Source of the DNA: Auanema rhodensis
Taxonomy: Eukaryota; Animalia; Nematoda
NCBI GenBank assembly: GCA_964057225.1
Contig: OZ059899.1
Span: forward strand, 1,674,001 to 1,738,000
Reading direction: 5' to 3'
DNA length: 64,000 nucleotides
Position 1 is the stretch's first letter, and every line of letters starts with the position of its first letter. The notes under the pieces are model-generated. The model did no database searches and was not told the origin of the DNA. It saw only the letters and a program-made list of their open reading frames with translations. Below are positions 27,301 through 40,400 of this stretch, piece by piece. A program made the position numbers and the translations under genes.

Positions 27301-30300
27301 CATTAGTGTATGTTGAGTTTCCATGTACACTCAACATTGCTTCCAAAAACATTTTGACAAAACTTTTTTTGAAAAATTTCAAAATAATTTAGCAAAAAGT
27401 AGATGTTTTTAGATTCCGTTTTTCAAGGCAAAGACGATGGACAATGTTATTCAACGAAAAAATTAATTCTTCAGGGTGAAAATCGAGGATATAAGTGTGA
27501 ACTTATATCAGTTGATATCTCGGTGCATTTTTAAGCTACCGCAAATCTGATAACACAGATCGACGCAGCTTAAAAATCCATATCAAATGCACTATACTAC
27601 ATTGAGAAACGCTTGATACAAAAATTAGTTATGATCGTTTGAAAAATGATGCATTAGTGTATGTTGAGTTTCCATGTACACTCAACATTGCTTCCAAAAA
27701 CATTTTGACAAAAATTTTTTCCAAAAATTTCAAAATAATTTAGCAAAAAGTAGATGTTTTTAGATTCCATTTTACAAGGCAAAGACGATGGACAATGTTA
27801 TTCAACGAAAAAAATAATTCTTCAGGGTGAAAATCGAGGATATAAGTGTGAACTTATATCAGTTGATATCTCGGTGCATTTTTAAGCTAGCGCAAATCTG
27901 ATAACACAGATCGACGCAACTTAAAAATCCGCATCGAATGCACTATACTACATTGAGAAACGCTTGATACAAAAATTAGTTATGATCGTTTGAAAAATGA
28001 TGCATTAGTGTATGTTGAGTTTCCATGTACACTCAACATTGCTTCCAAAAACATTTTGACAAAAATTTTTTCGAAAAATTTCAAAATAATTTAGCAAAAA
28101 GTAGATGTTTTTAAATTCTTTTTTTCAAGGCAAAGACGATGAACAATGTTATTCAACGAAAAAATCAATTCTTCAGGGTGAAAATCGAGGATATAAGTGT
28201 GAACTTATATCAGTTGATATCTCGGTGCATTTTTAAGCTAGCGCAAATCTGATAACACAGATCGACGCAGCTTAAAAATCCGCATCAAATGCACTATACT
28301 ACATTGAGAAACGCTTGATACAAAAATTAGTTATGATCGTTTGAAAAATGATGCATTAGTGTATGTTGAGTTTCCATGTACACTCAACATTGCTTCCAAA
28401 AACATTTTGACAAAAATTTTTTCGAAAAATTTCAAATAAATTTAGCAAAAAGTAGATGTTTTCAGATTCCATTTCTCAAGGCAAAGACGATGGACAATGT
28501 TATTCAACGAAAAAATTAATTCTTCAGGGTGAAAATTGAGGATATAAGTGTGAACTTATATCAGTTGATATCTCGGTGCATTTTTAAGCTAGCGCAAATC
28601 TGATAACACAGATCGACGCAGCTTAAAAATCCGCATCGAATGCACTATACTACATTGAGAAACGCTTAATACAAAAATTAGTTATGATCGTTTGAAAAAT
28701 GATGCATTAGTGTATGTTGAGTTTCCATGTACACTCAACATTGCTTCCAAAAACATTTTGACAAAACTTTTTTTGAAAAATTTCAAAATAATTTAGCAAA
28801 AAGTAGATGTTTTTAGATTCCGTTTTTCAAGGCAAAGACGATGGACAATGTTATTCAACGAAAAAATTAATTCTTCAGGGTGAAAATCGAGGATATAAGT
28901 GTGAACTTATATCAGTTGATATCTCGGTGCATTTTTAAGCTACCGCAAATCTGATAACACAGATCGACGCAGCTTAAAAATCCGCATCAAATGCACTATA
29001 CTACATTGAGAAACGCTTGATACAAAAATTAGTTATGATCGTTTGAAAAATGATGCATTAGTGTATGTTGAGTTTCCATGTACACTCAACATTGCTTCCA
29101 AAAACATTTTGACAAAAATTTTTTCGAAAAATTTCAAATAAATTTAGCAAAAAGTAGATGTTTTTAGATTCCATTTTTCAAGGCAAAGACGATGGACAAT
29201 GTTGTTCAACGAAAAAATTAATTCTTCAGGGTGAAAATCGAGGATATAAGTGTGAACTTATATCAGTTGATATCTCGGTGCATTTTTAAGCTAGCGCAAA
29301 TCTGATAACACAGATCGACGCAGCTTAAAAATCCGCATCGAATGCACTATACTACATTGAGAAACGCTTAATACAAAAATTAGTTATGATCGTTTGAAAA
29401 ATGATGCATTAGTGTATGTTGAGTTTCCATGTACACTCAACATTGCTTCCAAAAACATTTTGACAAAACTTTTTTTGAAAAATTTCAAAATAATTTAGCA
29501 AAAAGTAGATGTTTTCAGATTCCGTTTTTCAAGGCAAAGACGATGGACAATGTTATTCAACGAAAAAATTAATTCTTCAGGGTGAAAATCGAGGATATAA
29601 GTGTGAACTTATATCAGTTGATATCTCGGTGCATTTTTAAGCTAGCGCAAATCTGATAACACAGATCGACGCAGCTTAAAAATCCGCATCGAATGCACTA
29701 TACTACATTGAGAAACGCTTGATACAAAAATTAGTTAAGATCGTTTGAAAAATGATGCATTAGTGTATGTTGAGTTTCCATGTACACTCAGCATTGCTTC
29801 CAAAAACATTTTGACAAAAATTTTTTTGAAAAATTTCAGAATAATTTAGCAAAAAGTAGATGTTTTTAGATTCCATTTTTCAAGGCAAAGACGATGGACA
29901 ATGTTATTCAACGAAAAAAATAATTCTTCAGGGTGAAAATCGAGGATATAAGTGTGAACTTATATCAGTTGATATCTCGGTGCATTTTTAAGCTAGCGCA
30001 AATCTGATAACACAGATCGACGCAGCTTAAAAATCCGCATCGAATGCACTATACTACATTGAGAAAAACTTAATACAAAAATTAGTTATGATCGTTTGAA
30101 AAATGATGCATTAGTGTATGTTGAGTTTCCATGTACACTCAACATTGCTTCCAAAAACATTTTGACAAAACTTTTTTTGAAAAATTTCAAAATAATTTAG
30201 CAAAAAGTAGATGTTTTTAGATTCCGTTTTTCAAGGCAAAGACGATGGACAATGTTATTCAACGAAAAAATTAATTCTTCAGGGTGAAAATCGAGGATAT

Positions 30301-33300
30301 AAGTGTGAACTTATATCAGTTGATATCTCGGTGCATTTTTAAGCTAGCGCAAATCTGATAACACAGATCGACGCAGCTTAAAAATCCGCATCGAATGCAC
30401 TATACTACATTGAGAAACGCTTGATACAAAAATTAGTTAAGATCGTTTGAAAAATGATGCATTAGTGTATGTTGAGTTTCCATGTACACTCAACATTGCT
30501 TCCAAAAACATTTTGACAAAAATTTTTTTGAAAAATTTCAGAATAATTTAGCAAAAAGTAGATGTTTTTAGATTCCATTTTTCAAGGCAAAGACGATAGA
30601 CAATGTTATTCAACAAGAAAATTAATTCTTCAGGGTGAAAATCGAGGATATAAGTGTGAACTTATATCAGTTGATATCTCGGTGCATTTTTAAGCTAGCG
30701 CAAATCTGATAACACAGATCGACGCAACTTAAAAATCCGCATCGAATGCACTATACTAAATTGAGAAACGCTTGATACAAAAATTAGTTATGATCGTTTG
30801 AAAAATGATGCATTAGTGTATGTTGAGTTTCCATGTACACTCAACATTGCTTCCAAAAACATTTTGACAAAAATTTTTTTGAAATATTTCAGAATAATTT
30901 AGCAAAAAGTAGATGTTTTTAGATTCCATTTTTCAAGGCAAAGACGATGGACAATGTTATTCAACGAAAAAAATAATTCTTCAGGGTGAAAATCGAGGAT
31001 ATAAGTGTGAACTTATATCAGTTGATATCTCGGTGCATTTTTAAGCTAGCGCAAATCTGATAACACAGATCGACGCAACTTAAAAATCCGCATCGAATGC
31101 ACTATACTAAATTGAGAAACGCTTGATACAAAAATTAGTTATGATCGTTTGAAAAATGATGCATTAGTGTATGTTGAGTTTCCATGTACACTCAACATTG
31201 CTTCCAAAAACATTTTGACAAAAATTTTTTTGAAAAATTTCAGAATAATTTAGCAAAAAGTAGATGTTTTTAGATTCCATTTTTCAAGGCAAAGACGATG
31301 GACAATGTTATTCAACGAAAAAAATAATTCTTCAGGGTGAAAATTGAGGATATAAGTGTGAACTTATATCAGTTGATATCTCGGTGCATTTTTAAGCTAG
31401 CGCAAATCTGATAACACAGATCGACGCAGCTTAAAAATCCGCATCGAATGCACTATACTACATTGAGAAACGCTTGATACAAAAATTAGTTATGATCGTT
31501 TGAAAAATGATGCATTAGTGTATGTTGAGTTTCCATGTACACTCAACATTGCTTCCAAAAACATTTTGACAAAACTTTTTTTGAAAAATTTCAAAATAAT
31601 TTAGCAAAAAGTAGATGTTTTTAGATTCCATTTTACAAGGCAAAGACGATGGACAATGTTATTCAACGAAAAAAATAATTCTTCAGGGTGAAAATCGAGG
31701 ATATAAGTGTGAACTTATATCAATTGATATCTCGGTGCATTTTTAAGCTAGCGCAAATCTGATAACACAGATCGACGCAGCTTAAAAATCCGCATCGAAT
31801 GCACTATACTACATTGAGAAACGCTTGATACAAAAATTAGTTATGATCGTTTGAAAAATGATGCATTAGTGTATGTTGAGTTTCCATGTACACTCAACAT
31901 TGCTTCCAAAAACATTTTGACAAAACTTTTTTTGAAAAATTTCAAAATAATTTAGCAAAAAGTAGATGTTTTTAGATTCCATTTTACAAGGCAAAGACGA
32001 TGGACAATGTTATTCAACGAAAAAAATAATTCTTCAGGGTGAAAATCGAGGATATAAGTGTGAACTTATATCAATTGATATCTCGGTGCATTTTTAAGCT
32101 AGCGCAAATCTGATAACACAGATCGACGCAGCTTAAAAATCCGCATCGAATGCACTATACTACATTGAGAAACGCTTAATACAAAAATTAGTTATGATCG
32201 TTTGAAAAATGATGCATTAGTGTATGTTGAGTTTCCATGTACACTCAACATTGCTACCAAAAACATTTTGACAAAAATTTTTTTGAAAAATTTCAGAATA
32301 ATTTAGCAAAAAGTAGATGTTTTTAGATTCCATTTTTCAAGGCAAAGACGATGGACAATGTTATTCAACGAAAAAAATAATTCTTCAGGGTGAAAATCGA
32401 GGATATAAGTGTGAACTTATATCAGTTGATATCTCGGTGCATTTTTAAACTAGCGCAAATCTGATAACACAGATCGACGCAGCTTAAAAATCCGCATCGA
32501 ATGCACTATACTACATTGAGAAAAACTTAATACAAAAATTAGTTATGATCGTTTGAAAAATGATGCATTAGTGTATGTTGAGTTTCCATGTACACTCAAC
32601 ATTGCTTCCAAAAACATTTTGACAAAAATTTTTTCGAAAAATTTCGAAATAATTTAGCAAAAAGTAGATGTTTTTAGATTCCATTTTTCAAGGCAAAGAC
32701 GATGGACAATGTTATTCAACGAAAAAAATAATTCTTCAGGGTGAAAATCGAGGATATAAGTGTGAACTTATATCAGTTGATATCTCGGTGCATTTTTAAG
32801 CTAGCGCAAATCTGATAACACAGATCGACGCAACTTAAAAATCCGCATCGAATGCACTATACTACATTGAGAAACGCTTGATACAAAAATTAGTTATGAT
32901 CGTTTGAAAAATGATGCATTAGTGTATGTTGAGTTTCCATGTACACTCAACATTGCTTCCAAAAACATTTTGACAAAAATTTTTTCGAAAAATTTCAAAA
33001 TAATTTAGCAAAAAGTAGATGTTTTTAAATTCTTTTTTTCAAGGCAAAGACGATGAACAATGTTATTCAACGAAAAAATCAATTCTTCAGGGTGAAAATC
33101 GAGGATATAAGTGTGAACTTATATCAGTTGATATCTCGGTGCATTTTTAAGCTAGCGCAAATCTGATAACACAGATCGACGCAGCTTAAAAATCCGCATC
33201 AAATGCACTATACTACATTGAGAAACGCTTGATACAAAAATTAGTTATGATCGTTTGAAAAATGATGCATTAGTGTATGTTGAGTTTCCATGTACACTCA

Positions 33301-34307
33301 ACATTGCTTCCAAAAACATTTTGACAAAAATTTTTTTGAAAAATTTCAAAATAATTTAGCAAAAAGTAGATGTTTTTAGATTCCGTTTTTCAAGGCAAAG
33401 ACGATGAACAATGTTATTCAACGAAAAAATCAATTCTTCAGGGTGAAAATTGAGGATATAAGTGTGAACTTATATCAGTTGATATCTCGGTGCATTTTCA
33501 AGCTAGCGCAAATCTGATAACACAGATCGACGCAGCTTAAAAATCCGCATCGAATGCACTATACTACATTGAGAAACGCTTGATACAAAAATTAGTTATG
33601 ATCGTTTGAAAAATGATGCATTAGTGTATGTTGAGTTTCCATGTACACTCAACATTGCTTCCAAAAACATTTTGACAAAACTTTTTTTGAAAAATTTCAA
33701 AATAATTTAGCAAAAAGTAGATGTTTTTAGATTCCATTTTACAAGGCAAAGACGATGGACAATGTTATTCAACGAAAAAAATAATTCTTCAGGGTGAAAA
33801 TCGAGGATATAAGTGTGAACTTATATCAATTGATATCTCGGTGCATTTTTAAGCTAGCGCAAATCTGATAACACAGATCGACGCAGCTTAAAAATCCGCA
33901 TCGAATGCACTATACTACATTGAGAAACGCTTAATACAAAAATTAGTTATGATCGTTTGAAAAATGATGCATTAGTGTATGTTGAGTTTCCATGTACACT
34001 CAACATTGCTACCAAAAACATTTTGACAAAAATTTTTTTGAAAAATTTCAGAATAATTTAGCAAAAAGTAGATGTTTTTAGATTCCATTTTTCAAGGCAA
34101 AGACGATGGACAATGTTATTCAACGAAAAAAATAATTCTTCAGGGTGAAAATCGAGGATATAAGTGTGAACTTATATCAGTTGATATCTCGGTGCATTTT
34201 TAAGCTAGCGCAAATCTGATAACACAGATCGACGCAGCTTAAAAATCCGCATCGAATGCACTATACTACATTGAGAAAAACTTAATACAAAAATTAGTTA
34301 TGATTGT

Positions 34308-34499
34308 TTGAAAAATGATGCATTAGTGTATGTTGAGTTTCCATGTACACTCAACATTGCTTCCAAAAACATTTTGACAAAAATTTTTTCGAAAAATTTC
34401 GAAATAATTCAGCAAAAAGTAGATGTTTTTAGATTCCATTTTTCAAGGCAAAGACGATGGACAATGTTATTCAACGAAAAAAATAATTCTTCAGGGTGA
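34308..34499 (+). other. Fortuitous 63-codon ORF within satellite; not a credible gene
   Basis: Starts at TTG. It is open only because the usual TAG is CAG at 34410 in this copy. No recognisable protein motif. Confidence 0.85.
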
Positions 34500-37400
34500 A
34501 AATCGAGGATATAAGTGTGAACTTATATCAGTTGATATCTCGGTGCATTTTTAAGCTAGCGCAAATCTGATAACACAGATCGACGCAACTTAAAAATCCG
34601 CATCGAATGCACTATACTACATTGAGAAACGCTTGATACAAAAATTAGTTATGATCGTTTGAAAAATGATGCATTAGTGTATGTTGAGTTTCCATGTACA
34701 CTCAACATTGCTTCCAAAAACATTTTGACACAAATTTTTTCGAAAAATTTCAAAATAATTTAGCAAAAAGGAGATGTTTTTAAATTCTTTTTTTCAAGGC
34801 AAAGACGATGAACAATGTTATTCAACGAAAAAATCAATTCTTCAGGGTGAAAATCGAGGATATAAGTGTGAACTTATATCAGTTGATATCTCGGTGCATT
34901 TTTAAGCTAGCGCAAATCTGATAACACAGATCGACGCAGCTTAAAAATCCGCATCAAATGCACTATACTACATTGAGAAACGCTTGATACAAAAATTAGT
35001 TATGATCGTTTGAAAAATGATGCATTAGTGTATGTTGAGTTTCCATGTACACTCAACATTGCTTCCAAAAACATTTTGACAAAAATTTTTTCGAAAAATT
35101 TCAAATAAATTTAGCAAAAAGTAGATGTTTTTAGATTCCATTTCTCAAGGCAAAGACGATGGACAATGTTATTCAACGAAAAAATTAATTCTTCAGGGTG
35201 AAAATTGAGGATATAAGTGTGAACTTATATCAGTTGATATCTCGGTGCATTTTTAAGCTAGCGCAAATCTGATAACACAGATCGACGCAGCTTAAAAATC
35301 CGCATCGAATGCACTATACTACATTGAGAAACGCTTGATACAAAAATTAGTTATGATCGTTTGAAAAATGATGCATTAGTGTATGTTGAGTTTCCATGTA
35401 CACTCAACATTGCTTCCAAAAACATTTTGACAAAAATTTTTTCGAAAAATTTCGAAATAATTTAGCAAAAAGTAGATGTTTTTAGATTCCATTTTTCAAG
35501 GCAAAGACGATGGACAATGTTATTCAACGAAAAAAATAATTCTTCAGGGTGAAAATCGAGGATATAAGTGTGAACTTATATCAGTTGATATCTCGGTGCA
35601 TTTTTAAGCTAGCGCAAATCTGATAACACAGATCGACGCAACTTAAAAATCCGCATCGAATGCACTATACTACATTGAGAAACGCTTGATACAAAAATTA
35701 GTTATGATCGTTTGAAAAATGATGCATTAGTGTATGTTGAGTTTCCATGTACACTCAACATTGCTTCCAAAAACATTTTGACAAAAATTTTTTCGAAAAA
35801 TTTCGAAATAATTTAGCAAAAAGTAGATGTTTTTAGATTCCATTTTTCAAGGCAAAGACGATGGACAATGTTATTCAACGAAAAAAATAATTCTTCAGGG
35901 TGAAAATCGAGGATATAAGTGTGAACTTATATCAGTTGATATCTCGGTGCATTTTTAAGCTAGCGCAAATCTGATAACACAGATCGACGCAACTTAAAAA
36001 TCCGCATCGAATGCACTATACTACATTGAGAAACGCTTGATACAAAAATTAGTTATGATCGTTTGAAAAATGATGCATTAGTGTATGTTGAGTTTCCATG
36101 TACACTCAACATTGCTTCCAAAAACATTTTGACAAAAATTTTTTCGAAAAATTTCAAAATAATTTAGCAAAAAGTAGATGTTTTTAAATTCTTTTTTTCA
36201 AGGCAAAGACGATGAACAATGTTATTCAACGAAAAAATCAATTCTTCAGGGTGAAAATCGAGGATATAAGTGTGAACTTAAATCAGTTGATATCTCGGTG
36301 CATTTTTAAGCTAGCGCAAATCTGATAACACAGATCGACGCAGCTTAAAAATCCGCATCAAATGCACTATACTACATTGAGAAACGCTTGATACAAAAAT
36401 TAGTTATGATCGTTTGAAAAATGATGCATTAGTGTATGTTGAGTTTCCATGTACACTCAACATTGCTTCCAAAAACATTTTGACAAAAATTTTTTCGAAA
36501 AATTTCAAATAAATTTAGCAAAAAGTAGATGTTTTTAGATTCCATTTCTCAAGGCAAAGACGATGGACAATGTTATTCAACGAAAAAATTAATTCTTCAG
36601 GGTGAAAATTGAGGATATAAGTGTGAACTTATATCAGTTGATATCTCGGTGCATTTTTAAGCTAGCGCAAATCTGATAACACAGATCGACGCAGCTTAAA
36701 AATCCGCATCGAATGCACTATACTACATTGAGAATCGCTTGATACAAAAATTAGTTATGATCGTTTGAAAAATGATGCATTAGTGTATGTTGAGTTTCCA
36801 TGTACACTCAACATTGCTTCCAAAAACATTTTGACAAAAATTTTTTCGAAAAATTTCGAAATAATTTAGCAAAAAGTAGATGTTTTTAGATTCCATTTTT
36901 CAAGGCAAAGACGATGGACAATGTTATTCAACGAAAAAAATAATTCTTCAGGGTGAAAATCGAGGATATAAGTGTGAACTTATATCAGTTGATATCTCGG
37001 TGCATTTTTAAGCTAGCGCAAATCTGATAACACAGATCGACGCAACTTAAAAATCCGCATCGAATGCACTATACTACATTGAGAAACGCTTGATACAAAA
37101 ATTAGTTATGATCGTTTGAAAAATGATGCATTAGTGTATGTTGAGTTTCCATGTACACTCAACATTGCTTCCAAAAACATTTTGACAAAAATTTTTTCGA
37201 AAAATTTCAAAATAATTTAGCAAAAAGTAGATGTTTTTAAATTCTTTTTTTCAAGGCAAAGACGATGAACAATGTTATTCAACGAAAAAATCAATTCTTC
37301 AGGGTGAAAATCGAGGATATAAGTGTGAACTTATATCAGTTGATATCTCGGTGCATTTTTAAGCTAGCGCAAATCTGATAACACAGATCGACGCAGCTTA

Positions 37401-40400
37401 AAAATCCGCATCGAATGCACTATACTACATTGAGAAACGCTTGATACAAAAATTAGTTATGATCGTTTGAAAAATGATGCATTAGTGTATGTTGAGTTTC
37501 CATGTACACTCAACATTGCTTCCAAAAACATTTTGACAAAACTTTTTTTGAAAAATTTCAGAATAATTTAGCAAAAAGTAGATGTTTTTAGATTTCATTT
37601 TACAAGGCAAAGACGATGGACAATGTTATTCAACGAAAAAAATAATTCTTCAGGGTGAAAATCGAGGATATAAGTGTGAACTTATATCAATTGATATCTC
37701 GGTGCATTTTTAAGCTAGCGCAAATCTGATAACACAGATCGACGCAGCTTAAAAATCCGCATCGAATGCACTATACTACATTGAGAAACGCTTAATACAA
37801 AAATTAGTTATGATCGTTTGAAAAATGATGCATTAGTGTATGTTGAGTTTCCATGTACACTCAACATTGCTACCAAAAACATTTTGACAAAAATTTTTTT
37901 GAAAAATTTCAGAATAATTTAGCAAAAAGTAGATGTTTTTAGATTCCATTTTTCAAGGCAAAGACGATGGACAATGTTATTCAACGAAAAAAATAATTCT
38001 TCAGGGTGAAAATCGAGGATATAAGTGTGAACTTATATCAGTTGATATCTCGGTGCATTTTTAAGCTAGCGCAAATCTGATAACACAGATCGACGCAGCT
38101 TAAAAATCCGCATCGAATGCACTATACCACATTGAGAAAAACTTAATACAAAAATTAGTTATGATCGTTTGAAAAATGATGCATTAGTGTATGTCGAGTT
38201 TCCATGTACACTCAACATTGCTTCCAAAAACATTTTGACAAAAATTTTTTCGAAAAATTTCAAAATAATTTAGCAAAAAGTAGATGTTTTTAAATTCTTT
38301 TTTTCAAGGCAAAGACGATGAACAATGTTATTCAACGAAAAAATCAATTCTTCAGGGTGAAAATCGAGGATATAAGTGTGAACTTATATCAGTTGATATC
38401 TCGGTGCATTTTTAAGCTAGCGCAAATCTGATAACACAGATCGACGCAGCTTAAAAATCCGCATCGAATGCACTATACTACATTGAGAAACGCTTGATAC
38501 AAAAATTAGTTATGATCGTTTGAAAAATGATGCATTAGTGTATGTTGAGTTTCCATGTACACTCAACATTGCTTCCAAAAACATTTTGACAAAACTTTTT
38601 TTGAAAAATTTCAGAATAATTTAGCAAAAAGTAGATGTTTTTAGATTTCATTTTACAAGGCAAAGACGATGGACAATGTTATTCAACGAAAAAAATAATT
38701 CTTCAGGGTGAAAATCGAGGATATAAGTGTGAACTTATATCAATTGATATCTCGGTGCATTTTTAAGCTAGCGCAAATCTGATAACACAGATCGACGCAG
38801 CTTAAAAATCCGCATCGAATGCACTATACTACATTGAGAAACGCTTAATACAAAAATTAGTTATGATCGTTTGAAAAATGATGCATTAGTGTATGTTGAG
38901 TTTCCATGTACACTCAACATTGCTACCAAAAACATTTTGACAAAAATTTTTTTGAAAAATTTCAGAATAATTTAGCAAAAAGTAGATGTTTTTAGATTCC
39001 ATTTTTCAAGGCAAAGACGATGGACAATGTTATTCAACGAAAAAAATAATTCTTCAGGGTGAAAATCGAGGATATAAGTGTGAACTTATATCAGTTGATA
39101 TCTCGGTGCATTTTTAAGCTAGCGCAAATCTGATAACACAGATCGACGCAGCTTAAAAATCCGCATCGAATGCACTATACCACATTGAGAAAAACTTAAT
39201 ACAAAAATTAGTTATGATCGTTTGAAAAATGATGCATTAGTGTATGTCGAGTTTCCATGTACACTCAACATTGCTTCCAAAAACATTTTGACAAAAATTT
39301 TTTCGAAAAATTTCGAAATAATTTAGCAAAAAGTAGATGTTTTTAGATTCCATTTTTCAAGGCAAAGACGATGGACAATGTTATTCAACGAAAAAAATAA
39401 TTCTTCAGGGTGAAAATCGAGGATATAAGTGTGAACTTATATCAGTTGATATCTCGGTGCATTTTTAAGCTAGCGCAAATCTGATAACACAGATCGACGC
39501 AACTTAAAAATCCGCATCGAATGCACTATACTACATTGAGAAACGCTTGATACAAAAATTAGTTATGATCGTTTGAAAAATGATGCATTAGTGTATGTTG
39601 AGTTTCCATGTACACTCAACATTGCTTCCAAAAACATTTTGACAAAAATTTTTTCGAAAAATTTCAAAATAATTTAGCAAAAAGTAGATGTTTTTAAATT
39701 TTTTTTTTCAAGGCAAAGACGATGAACAATGTTATTCAACGAAAAAATCAATTCTTCAGGGTGAAAATCGAGGATATAAGTGTGAACTTATATCAGTTGA
39801 TATCTCGGTGCATTTTTAAGCTAGCGCAAATCTGATAACACAGATCGACGCAGCTTAAAAATCCGCATCGAATGCACTATACTACATTGAGAAACGCTTA
39901 ATACAAAAATTAGTTATGATCGTTTGAAAAATGATGCATTAGTGTATGTTGAGTTTCCATGTACACTCAACATTGCTACCAAAAACATTTTGACAAAAAT
40001 TTTTTTGAAAAATTTCAGAATAATTTAGCAAAAAGTAGATGTTTTTAGATTCCATTTTTCAAGGCAAAGACGATGGACAATGTTATTCAACGAAAAAAAT
40101 AATTCTTCAGGGTGAAAATCGAGGATATAAGTGTGAACTTATATCAGTTGATATCTCGGTGCATTTTTAAGCTAGCGCAAATCTGATAACACAGATCGAC
40201 GCAGCTTAAAAATCCGCATCGAATGCACTATACCACATTGAGAAAAACTTAATACAAAAATTAGTTATGATCGTTTGAAAAATGATGCATTAGTGTATGT
40301 CGAGTTTCCATGTACACTCAACATTGCTTCCAAAAACATTTTGACAAAAATTTTTTCGAAAAATTTCGAAATAATTTAGCAAAAAGTAGATGTTTTTAGA

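Noticed and set aside
34308-34499. 63-aa ORF as a protein-coding gene
   Set aside because: Created by one TAG>CAG substitution at 34410, TTG start, no recognisable domain; the other copies keep the stop.
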